DNA of 64,000 bases. Source: Candidatus Eiseniibacteriota bacterium (lineage in GTDB: Bacteria > Eisenbacteria > RBG-16-71-46). Location of the stretch: assembly GCA_044222065.1 (NCBI GenBank), contig JBGAOA010000004.1:1-64000 (forward strand), written 5' to 3'. Positions within the stretch are counted from its first letter, which is position 1. Each line of letters opens with the position of its first letter. Both the position numbers and the translations under genes were made by a program. The notes below the pieces were generated by a model. That model searched no databases. It saw only the letters and a list, made by a program, of their open reading frames with translations, and was not told the DNA's origin. Shown one piece after another: positions 10,501 to 21,567 of the stretch.

Positions 10501-11304
10501 GCCAACAACAGCGGGCGCGCCGTCCTCACGCCGGGCTGGTACATGCTCTTCGTCGTCCGCAACGACGGCGTGCCGTCGATCGCGCGCTGGATCCAGGTGG
10601 ATCCGTCGCTTCCGAGCGGCCATCCCACGCCGGACGATGCGAAGCCGGGCGTGTCTCCGATCAGCGTTTCCGCCAGCTGGCAGCCCGGATGCGTGCGTCG
10701 GACCTCGATCGCGTGGACGAACGCGGGCGATGACGACTACACGGGAACGGCGACGAACGTCGAGGTGCGCAAGAGCGTGAATCCGATCACCGATGCCAAC
10801 TTCGCCGGAGCGACACTGGTCGCGTCCGTGGTACCCCTGGACCCGAAGAACTTGCAGGGCGTTTCCTTCGACAGCCCGAGTTCGCCGACCGGGACGTGGT
10901 ACTTCGCCGTGCGCACGAAGGACGAGAACAACAACTTGTCGGCCGTGTCGAGCCGGGCGTTCACCTACACGGGCATGTGTTTCCAGGGACGTGCCTCGGA
11001 GAATCTCCACGCTCCCGAAGCGCTCGTGCTGAAGGCCCCGTCGCCGACGCCGTCGCGTGGCGAGGCGGTGCTCACGTTCGGGATTCCGCAGCGGCTCGTG
11101 AACGAGTCCATCGAGCTGAACATCTTCGATGCCGCCGGTCGCCGCGTGCGGCAGCTCGTCGGCAACACGTCCGGCGACGGCTGGAACTCGGTGCGCTGGG
11201 ATCTGCAGGACGAAAACGGCGGCGCCGCCCGAGCCGGGATCTACTTCGCCCGTCTGAAGGTCGGGCAGGAGCAGCGGACGGCGCGAGTGGTGGTCGTCAA
11301 CTAG
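7510..11304 (+). CDS. Secreted galactose-oxidase/glyoxal-oxidase-like (AA5) copper radical oxidase with an inserted second Kelch propeller, an FN3-like domain and an FlgD-Ig-like C-terminal domain
   Basis: FFCSG, RYYPT, RKYHSTAVLLPDARVL, IYTPPYLF, VTHNFNMDQR; AAGGAG RBS before ATG 7510; signal peptide. Confidence 0.82.
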   Translation: MGPSVSRVPLLRKSVALAIAVIALVTQAGAARAANESLYGQWSVPFSMAPTPGTQSDMWTNRFNDVPVNATVFPSGTQDAKLVYWGSSYAFFQLPYSSTTSWLNPGSLTPVRISKPINGSGASSPDEFFCSGQTIMSDGRMMIAGGHIGIVSEPSTSYTGFDRWVHTYDTGPRLAYRFDQVPANDTRWTKFNDMGVPRYYPTATTLHDGRVLVTSGNVGQYYVMLGGETSAGGNPITGLHVIEDSDTYRQFSPTFRTDYGPALTPEIKGHASLYDGLTYGQDYNRFRVITVGGIGMSGGSQVFKNDVFAIFRHDNHDNQSYADKWEWTTLTPNPGTGVNSPPAGRAYHTAVKDVARRKTDGTWHMDPADLTKYVVDNVMVDCGTEFSCGTPPCKCRYTGSVVVFGGLTGSVASPTPTDELWTFSYRARDEGGFAPPNLTQSGYWNNTTNPSRVVGTNWPSARFGHGSAVIPRRNVVGASSSSIPGALIVYGGRTLSGGVESTIAENGDIWVCNLEDAGPTWTRISPLNAASVGSREGVSMIYKPSISGDVAGVYLFGGRRKEANGTYTYFNDFWKLTYSVASDGHTLSAWTWTPITVSGPLPLARHQAALALDDVQHAQFILSGGEGPQSPGSQTIVKFGDVYRQLVSTAVAFEWREIIAGSIGNPTARSGHTLVVDPRITNARTHELFDPATGNWSPLTASGQTQLWMEQYPAIFQLADKRIFYAGPSKQNRIFDWGSGWLNPTGSGAPRSVGVGSTSVMYRPDVILKCGDGTNTTTGQIVERIDFTLGASPTWQRLTDLPERRFHHNMTILPNGNVLLTGGDAGGTTMETMGITSESRHRTLMWNSNSFSEVAADPVARKYHSTAVLLPDARVLTAGGFGKTDTLAHTGAIYTPPYLFKANNTMYTDAERPQIVSVSVGALGYDPRPFTITLNATTPISNVCLIRASAVTHNFNMDQRYVPLRFVQTGTLVTVSKLSAFANSSNQTIQYVAEDDGANNSGRAVLTPGWYMLFVVRNDGVPSIARWIQVDPSLPSGHPTPDDAKPGVSPISVSASWQPGCVRRTSIAWTNAGDDDYTGTATNVEVRKSVNPITDANFAGATLVASVVPLDPKNLQGVSFDSPSSPTGTWYFAVRTKDENNNLSAVSSRAFTYTGMCFQGRASENLHAPEALVLKAPSPTPSRGEAVLTFGIPQRLVNESIELNIFDAAGRRVRQLVGNTSGDGWNSVRWDLQDENGGAARAGIYFARLKVGQEQRTARVVVVN

Positions 11305-11328
11305 CACGTTTGAAGCGGTGATCGCGAG

Positions 11329-11362
11329 CGAAGGCCCCGGCGCGAGAGCGTCGGGGCCTTCG
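11329..11362. terminator. Hairpin terminator between convergent genes
   Basis: CGAAGGCCCCGGCGC-GAGA-GCGTCGGGGCCTTCG. Confidence 0.7.
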
Positions 11363-11394
11363 TGTCGTGCGGGCGACGCGGCGTCTCCCGGCGC

Positions 11395-12093
11395 TCAGTC
11401 CGTCGCGAGGCGCCGTTCCACTTCGGCTTCGACCTCGGCGATGTCCACGCGGCCGAGCCAGCGGCGGACGATGCGGCCCTCGCCGTCGATCAGGAACGAT
11501 GCGGGCACGGCCTTCACGCGGTAGCGCTCCCACGTCGCGGGCGTACCGCTGTCGAGCGCGACCGGATAGGTCGCCTTCTTCGACGCCACGAACTTCTTCA
11601 CCTTGCGCTCGCCGTCTTCGTCGATCGAGACCGCGAGCACATCGAGCCCGCGCGCGGCGAAGCGCTCGTGCAGGCGCTGGAGTTCGGGCATCGCGCGCAC
11701 GCACGGCACGCACCACGTCGCCCAGAAGTCGAGGTACAGGAGCTTGCCGCGCGAGTCGGCGAGCGTGCGCACGCGGCCGTCGAGGGCGCGCAGCGAGAAG
11801 TCCGGCGCGGGCTCGGCGTCACCGGTCGCCGTGAACGCCGCGGGTTCGGCGTCGAAGGCCTGTTTGCACTTCGCGGAGCAGAAGAAGTAGTCGCGCTCGT
11901 TCCAGCGGCTCGAAGCGCGCACCGGTTCCGCTTCGGCTTCGCCGTGCATCACCGCGCACACGACGCAGCTCGCGCGCGCGGGCGCGCTCGCGGCCGCGGG
12001 AAGCGGCGCCGGATCGGCGGCGTACGATGCGGGCGTGATCGCCGCGAACGAAGCGAGCGAGAGCGCGAGCGACAGGGTGAGCGAGTGGCGCAT
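11395..12093 (-). CDS. Secreted YHS/TRASH-domain + TlpA/ResA-like thiol-disulfide oxidoreductase fusion
   Basis: Signal peptide; CVVC...YFFCSAKCKQAF (YHS-like); APDFSL, DFWATWCVPC, VPASFLID (TlpA); GGAGG RBS. Confidence 0.88.
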   Translation of the reverse strand: MRHSLTLSLALSLASFAAITPASYAADPAPLPAAASAPARASCVVCAVMHGEAEAEPVRASSRWNERDYFFCSAKCKQAFDAEPAAFTATGDAEPAPDFSLRALDGRVRTLADSRGKLLYLDFWATWCVPCVRAMPELQRLHERFAARGLDVLAVSIDEDGERKVKKFVASKKATYPVALDSGTPATWERYRVKAVPASFLIDGEGRIVRRWLGRVDIAEVEAEVERRLATD

Positions 12094-12110
12094 GCCGCGA
12101 ATCCTCCGGA

Positions 12111-12758
12111 TCAGAAGCCGAACGCGAGCGCGATCCCCGCGCGCTCGTACCACGCCCACACCGCCGTCACGCTGAGCCGATCGTTCGCCCACGCCGCGAG
12201 CAGGTGCGAGCGGTGGCCGTCGTACATCGGCGTGAGTGAGAAACCGCGCGACAGGTCCACGTTCGCGCCGAACGGCACGTTGAACGCGTCGTCCCACTCG
12301 GACCAGTTGAGGCTCGCGTACGGTGCCACGAACCAGCCGGGCGGTCGTTTCGCGACCGTCAAGTAGTACGCCTGCGTGTGCGGCGGCGAACCGATGCGGT
12401 CCGAGCTGGTGCCGAGGAACAGCGCGGGGCGCGTGTCGGTCTCGGTCACGAGGAACAGCGTCGCGAGCGGGCCCACTTCCTCGGCCGCCGGATTCGCCTC
12501 GAGGCCGACCTGCAGCCGTTCGTGCACGCGCGCGTTCGCGGTGAATCGCCAGCGCGGCCGGTCGAGCGGCGTGTCCACCCAGCGCCCCGACACGGTCCAG
12601 GTCGTCCACAAGCCGCTCCCCCGGAGCGGCGCGCCCTCGCCGGGTCAGCCGCTTCAGGTCGGCGTGGCCGAGCGCGGTCGCGCGGACGGCTCGGCGGCGA
12701 GCGCCGGCGCGGAAGCGGCCAGCAGCAGGAGCAGCGCGAGCGCCGGAGCGAGCGGCAT
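12111..12758 (-). CDS. Putative selenoprotein with a UxxU motif: signal peptide + U-S-G-U + outer-membrane beta-barrel-like domain (215 aa if both TGA are read as Sec)
   Basis: ATG 12758 with GAGG upstream; MPLAPALALLLLLAASAPALA signal peptide; in-frame TGA at 12656-12654 and 12647-12645; the same frame continues into the 12611-12111 ORF ending AGIALAFGF. Confidence 0.72.
12612..12630 (-). promoter_or_regulatory. Candidate bacterial SECIS element
   Basis: mRNA GCCGCUCC-GGG-GGAGCGGC: perfect 8-bp stem with a G loop, starting after a 14-nt spacer from the second UGA. Confidence 0.6.
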
Positions 12759-12778
12759 CGCGGTTCGCCTCGCGCCCA

Positions 12779-14605
12779 CTACGGCGCGAGCGCCGTCTCG
12801 GGCGGACGGCGCTGTGCGCGGCAGACGGGCAGCAGGTTCTGCTCGGCATCCGCCCACGCGGTGCGCGTGTAGAAGAAGTTCGTCCGCGCGAAAGGATTCG
12901 CGGCGAATGCGGGGTCCTTGAGCCGCTCGGCGAACTCGCGCGCGAGCGCGGGGTCCTTCGCGAGCATCTGCTGCGCGAGCGGGTCCACGACGTAGTCCTC
13001 GCCGTACTCCTTCTGCTCGAGCACGGTGTCGAAGCCGTTCCAGTACAGGATGCCGTCCGGCGCCTCGGCTTCGAACGAATGGATCGCGACCGCCGCCGAC
13101 GGCTGGTCGAGCGGCACCCACAGGTCGCCCGCGCGGAACGTGCGCACGCGGCGCACGCTCACGAGCGAGTCCACGACCGTCGGCACGTGGCCCTCGCGGC
13201 TCGTGTTCTCGTGGTGGAAGCGCACGACGCGCTGTTGCTCGACCGTGTCGGTCCACGCCTTCGCGAAGCGCCGGTACGCGACGCCGTGCAGGTCGAGGCG
13301 GTCGCGCGCAACGGACCACTCCTGCGGCACGACGTAGCCGACCGGCGCCCGCACCGTGAGCGCGGGCACGGTCTGGCGGTAGAGCGCGATCGTCGTGTCC
13401 CACGCGACCGAGTCGTAGCGCGCGACGAGGTCGCCCGTGATCCGGCTCGTCTCCCAGCGCGTGCGGACGCCGTGGAAGACGTAGCTCGTCGGCCGGTCCG
13501 TCGTGCGCGTCGCGAGCGCGAACTCGCGCTTCGCGGGCGAGGCCTCGCGGCCGCGCGCGATCGTCTCCTCGGCCGCTTCCGAGACGGCGCGCGTGAGCGC
13601 GCGCGGGCGGGCGCGCAGTTCTTCGAGCACGGCGAGGAGCAGGTCGTACGTCGCGCGCACGCGCACGTCGTACGGCTTCAGCATGTGGGTTTCGACCAGG
13701 ATCGCCGGACGGTTGTGCAGCACCGGGTAGGCGGTCGAGAAGCGCGGCGGCGCGTTCCCGAAGTCGATGCCCGACGCGGGATCGTTGCCGCGCCGGAAGC
13801 TCATGTACGGGCCGACGAGGTGGCCGAGCGCTTCGGCGCGCGCGACGACGCGGCCTTCGAACGCGTCCGCCATCCAGCGGTCGATCGCGGCCGGGACGCC
13901 GGCGCCGTGCTGGATGCCGTAGGTGAGGTCGTAGCGGTAGTCGGCGCCGTCGGTCGTGTGCGTGTCGATCAGCAGGTGCGGCCACCACTTCGTGTAGACG
14001 TTCGCGAGCAGCGCGCGCATCTCGGGCGACTCACCCTTGAGCCAGTCGCGATTCAGGTTCAGGCCGGTCGGCGTGGTGCGCCAGCCCATCTCCTCGGGCC
14101 CGTTCTGGTTGATCCGGTTGAAGCGCCCGCGCCGCTCGTGCGCGTCCACGGACAGGATCGGCACGACGAGCACGATCGCGCTGTCGAGCAACTCGGCTCG
14201 CGAGCGCGTCGCCGCGACGTCGCGCATGAGCGCGAGTGCCGCGTCCTTGCCCTCGATCTCGCCCGAGTGGATGCCGCAGTTGACGAGCACGATCGGCTTG
14301 CGGGTCGCGCGCGCCGCGGCGGGCGTGAACGCGCGCTCCTTCGAGAGCACGACGAGCCACAGGTCGCGGCCCTGGCCGCTCTTGCCGAAGCTCTGCACGC
14401 TCACCCAGCGCGAGCCCGCCTCGATCTGCTTCGCGTAGCGGACCGTCTCGTCGTAGTCGGCGGTCTGGCGGTAGTTCGTCTTCTCGGCGCGCGTCTTCCA
14501 GTAGGTCGAGACCGCGGGCGGAGCCTGCGCGAGCGCGGCGCCGGCGGCGGCGAGTGCGAGTGCGGCGGCGGCCAGCAGGGCGCGGACGGCGGTGCGTGCG
14601 TTCAT
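12779..14605 (-). CDS. Secreted M14 family zinc carboxypeptidase
   Basis: GIHSGE (HxxE), NLNRD, LIDTHTT, ILVETH; signal peptide. Confidence 0.88.
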   Translation of the reverse strand: MNARTAVRALLAAAALALAAAGAALAQAPPAVSTYWKTRAEKTNYRQTADYDETVRYAKQIEAGSRWVSVQSFGKSGQGRDLWLVVLSKERAFTPAAARATRKPIVLVNCGIHSGEIEGKDAALALMRDVAATRSRAELLDSAIVLVVPILSVDAHERRGRFNRINQNGPEEMGWRTTPTGLNLNRDWLKGESPEMRALLANVYTKWWPHLLIDTHTTDGADYRYDLTYGIQHGAGVPAAIDRWMADAFEGRVVARAEALGHLVGPYMSFRRGNDPASGIDFGNAPPRFSTAYPVLHNRPAILVETHMLKPYDVRVRATYDLLLAVLEELRARPRALTRAVSEAAEETIARGREASPAKREFALATRTTDRPTSYVFHGVRTRWETSRITGDLVARYDSVAWDTTIALYRQTVPALTVRAPVGYVVPQEWSVARDRLDLHGVAYRRFAKAWTDTVEQQRVVRFHHENTSREGHVPTVVDSLVSVRRVRTFRAGDLWVPLDQPSAAVAIHSFEAEAPDGILYWNGFDTVLEQKEYGEDYVVDPLAQQMLAKDPALAREFAERLKDPAFAANPFARTNFFYTRTAWADAEQNLLPVCRAQRRPPETALAP

Positions 14606-14685
14606 GGGGCGGAGACTCTAACACGACGGCCCCGCGGGCTCGCGCCGCACGGGGCCGTGTGTTTCGCGCCGGGGGGCGCGAGTAC

Positions 14686-15327
14686 CTAGTTCAGGTGGAC
14701 GGTCGCATCGCCGACGCCGACGTTGAGGCGCACCGTCGAGCGGCCGGGGCCGTCGTTCCAGGCGGTCGAGCGGCCGATGAAGCCGCGGCTCGACGTGCGC
14801 GTGCCGGCGCCGCGGATCGAGGCGTCGCCGACGCCGGTGTCGATCTCGACCGAGCGCGTCTTCGCGACCGGCGCGTAGATGTCCGCGTCGCCGACGCCGA
14901 GCTCGACGTCGAGGTCGCCCTCGAGGCCGTCGATGTTCAGATCGCCGACGCCCATCTCGAGGTCGAGCGCGAGCGCGCGCGGCACCTGCAGCTCGCCGAT
15001 CAGGTTGAAGCCGCCGTTGTTGAACTTGGGGAAGCCCGTCACCTTGATCTTGAGCACGCCGTTCTTGTCGCTGGATTCGATCTCGAGCCGGCTCGCGCGT
15101 TCCTCGCAGCGTTCGGTGCCGCCGCGGCACTTCACCCGGAGCGAGAGCCGCACGTGCGTGTCGTCGTTCGGGACGACGCGCAGTTCGCCGACCGGGAACT
15201 CGAGCCGCACGCGGTGATTCGCCGTGACGGGGTAGGACTTGGTGTCCGCTTCGAGCAGGACCGCGCGCGCCGGGGGGGCGACCGCGATCACGCCGAGGAC
15301 GACGAGAGCGAGCCAGCTCTTCTTCAT
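14686..15327 (-). CDS. Secreted beta-strand-repeat protein (DUF4097/adhesin-like)
   Basis: Repeated (M/L/T/V)GVGD(L/A)x(I/V) units; signal peptide; GGAGG RBS. Confidence 0.65.
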   Translation of the reverse strand: MKKSWLALVVLGVIAVAPPARAVLLEADTKSYPVTANHRVRLEFPVGELRVVPNDDTHVRLSLRVKCRGGTERCEERASRLEIESSDKNGVLKIKVTGFPKFNNGGFNLIGELQVPRALALDLEMGVGDLNIDGLEGDLDVELGVGDADIYAPVAKTRSVEIDTGVGDASIRGAGTRTSSRGFIGRSTAWNDGPGRSTVRLNVGVGDATVHLN

Positions 15328-15659
15328 GGGTGCCTCCGGAGCGGGGAGCCGTGAATCCGCACGACTCCTTGGACGCTGCGCGGGGGCTCGAACGTTGGAA
15401 TCCCCCGCGGACCTTCGCGCGATGACGGGGTTACGGGTCCGCGTCCGGCCCGGTTGCGCCCGGTCCGCAACGGCGACCGATCGGGCGACGAGCGCGGGCG
15501 GGGGCGCCGCCGTGCGCGGGCGACGGCGCGCCGTTCGGCGGACCGGGGCGCGGGCCGCGGCGGCCGCGGCCGGGCCGACCGCATCCGCTATAGTCCCGGC
15601 CCCGGCCCGGCGGGGCGGACCCGCCGGCCGCTTCCCGCAACCTCTATAGGACGCCTCCC

Positions 15660-16643
15660 ATGAGCCAGCTCGTCGACGTGCTTCTGCTGCTCGCCCTTCC
15701 CGCCTCGGGCAAGTCCGAGGTCCGGCGCTACCTCGCGAACCTCACGCCCGACCAGTGCCGGAACGACTTCCACCTGGGGCCGACCGTTCAGCTCGACGAC
15801 TACCCGTACGTGCACATGATGCGGCGGGTGAGCCAGGAGCTGCGGAAGCGCGGGGTGGACGGCGTGTTCTTCGACTCGGACGACCTGCCCATGAAGGAGT
15901 CGCGCGACTGGGGGACGCTGGTCGAACTGTTGAACGAGGACTTCGCCGACCTGATGGCGAAGCGCCGGCCGTCGCCGGCCCACGCGGGCACGTGGCTGCT
16001 GGACCGCTTCGCCGCCGCGCGCCAGAAGGTCGGCGCGAACGCGGCGCTCGCGAACCTCGCGCCCGCGCTGCGGAAGGAACTCGCCGACGCGATCAACGCC
16101 GAGGCCGCGGAGCTGCTCAAGGACAAGAACGCCGGCATCCCCGACTCGCTCGAAGGCAAGACGATCGTGATCGAGGCCGCGCGCGGCGGTCCGGACAAGG
16201 CGACGCTGCCGCTGCCCGCACCGCTCGGTTACCGCTACTCGCTCTCGGTGTTCTCGGACGAGATCCTCAAGCGCGCGAGCATCCTGTACATCTGGGTGAC
16301 GCCCGAGGAGTCGCGGCGGAAGAACCACGAGCGCACCGACCCCAACGACCCCGGCTCGATCCTGCACCACGGCGTGCCGATCGCGGTGATGCTCGGCGAC
16401 TACGGCTGTGACGACATGGAGTGGCTGATCCAGAACTCCGGCACGCCCGACGCCGTGAAGATCGAATCACGCGGCCAGTCGTTCGTGATTCCGATCGCGC
16501 GCTTCGACAATCGCGTGGACAAGACGACGTTTGTGCGCGTGGACAAGGCGCAGTGGCCGGCGGAGAAGGTCGCGGCGTTGCACGGGGGACTGGCGGAGGC
16601 GTTCGCGCGGCTCGTGAAGACTGAGGCGGCGAGAAGGGCGTAG
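15660..16643 (+). CDS. Hypothetical P-loop-containing protein
   Basis: LLLALPASGKSE Walker-A-like motif; IVIEAARGG; codon usage typical of the genome; TATAGT -10-like box at 15589-15594. Confidence 0.7.
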   Translation: MSQLVDVLLLLALPASGKSEVRRYLANLTPDQCRNDFHLGPTVQLDDYPYVHMMRRVSQELRKRGVDGVFFDSDDLPMKESRDWGTLVELLNEDFADLMAKRRPSPAHAGTWLLDRFAAARQKVGANAALANLAPALRKELADAINAEAAELLKDKNAGIPDSLEGKTIVIEAARGGPDKATLPLPAPLGYRYSLSVFSDEILKRASILYIWVTPEESRRKNHERTDPNDPGSILHHGVPIAVMLGDYGCDDMEWLIQNSGTPDAVKIESRGQSFVIPIARFDNRVDKTTFVRVDKAQWPAEKVAALHGGLAEAFARLVKTEAARRA

Positions 16644-16677
16644 CGCGCGCCTTCGAGCCGTCGAGGCGTGAGACGAC

Positions 16678-16708
16678 CGCGCCCCGCTCTGGAATGGAGC
16701 GGGGCGCG
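16678..16708. terminator. Hairpin between convergent genes (end of the arg operon)
   Basis: CGCGCCCCGCTC-TGGAATG-GAGCGGGGCGCG, perfect 12-bp stem. Confidence 0.65.
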
Positions 16709-16740
16709 TGCTCTGGGCGGTGCGCGTCGCGGAGCGTGTG

Positions 16741-17751
16741 CTACTTCCCGCCGCCCCCGATCCCCGCGAACTCCAAGAGCCGCGTCTTCGCGCTCTTCTT
16801 CGCGCCGTCGTCCGCCGCAGCCAGCGCGACATCCGCTCCGACGAGCGCCACCATCAGCGCCTTCTGCAGGTGCAGGCGGTTCTCGGCTTCCTCCACGACC
16901 ACGCTCTGCGGACCGTCCATCACGTCGTCGGTGACCTCTTCGCCGCGATGCGCGGGGAGGCAGTGCATGAACAGCGCGTCCGCCTTCGCGTTCGCCATCA
17001 GCGCGTCGTTCACCTGGTAGCCGGCGAACACGACGCGGCGCCACGCGGCCTCGCGCTCCTGACCCATGCTCGTCCACGTGTCGGTGTACACCACGTCAGC
17101 GCCGCGCACGGCGTCGGCGGGATCGCGGAAGCGGCGCACCGCGCCGAGCGCTGTGCGCTCGGCTTCGAGGTACAGGCCCGCGTCGGGCTCGAAGCCATCG
17201 GGCACGGCGACGTTCAGGTGGAACCCGAACAGCGTCGCCGCCTGCAGCCACGAGTGCAGCACGTTGTTGCCGTCGCCGATCCACGCGACCGTGATCGCGT
17301 CCAGGTCGCGGCCGCGGCGCCGGAGCGTGTAGAGGTCCGAGAGGATCTGGCACGGATGCGAGTAGTCGGTGAGCGCGTTGATCACCGGCACGCTCGAGTG
17401 CTCGGCGAGCGTCGTCACGAGCCGGTGCTCGAACGTGCGCACCACGACGAGGTCGCACATGCCGGCGAGCACGTGCGCGACGTCCTTCAGGCTCTCGCGA
17501 CCGGTCTCGCTCACCTCGGTCGTGCCGAGGTCGACGGCGTCCCCGCCCAGTTCGTGCATGCCGACCGTGAACGACACGCGCGTCCTGAGCGACGGCTTGT
17601 GGAACACGAGCGCCGCGGTCTTGCCCTCGAGCGGCTTCGGCGCGCGCGGGGTCTTGCGCACGGCGCGCAGCTCGTCGGCGAGCGTGAACAGGCGATCCAC
17701 GAACGGGCGCTCGAGTCCGAGCAGGTCGACGAGGTGGCGGGGTTCGGTCAT
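16741..17751 (-). CDS. argF: Ornithine carbamoyltransferase
   Basis: SLRTRVSF, HPCQ, GDGNNV, DTWTSMGQE, HCLPAHRGEEVT. Confidence 0.95.
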   Translation of the reverse strand: MTEPRHLVDLLGLERPFVDRLFTLADELRAVRKTPRAPKPLEGKTAALVFHKPSLRTRVSFTVGMHELGGDAVDLGTTEVSETGRESLKDVAHVLAGMCDLVVVRTFEHRLVTTLAEHSSVPVINALTDYSHPCQILSDLYTLRRRGRDLDAITVAWIGDGNNVLHSWLQAATLFGFHLNVAVPDGFEPDAGLYLEAERTALGAVRRFRDPADAVRGADVVYTDTWTSMGQEREAAWRRVVFAGYQVNDALMANAKADALFMHCLPAHRGEEVTDDVMDGPQSVVVEEAENRLHLQKALMVALVGADVALAAADDGAKKSAKTRLLEFAGIGGGGK

Positions 17752-17772
17752 GGCGACGTCGGTTCCTCCCTT

Positions 17773-21538
<3,766 letters not shown>

Positions 21539-21567
21539 CGTTCTGCTCCTTCCGGCGCTCGCGCGCC

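Noticed and set aside
12111..12611. 166-aa ORF with a TTG start as the complete gene
   Set aside because: It has no signal peptide for a barrel-like protein, and its upstream purine run is buried in a stem. An in-frame signal peptide with an RBS lies just beyond the two TGAs.
15427..15439. 13-mer GGGGTTACGGGTC shared with the intergenic region at 51348-51360 (minus) as a common operator
   Set aside because: Only two copies and non-palindromic; a chance match cannot be excluded without a genome-wide count.
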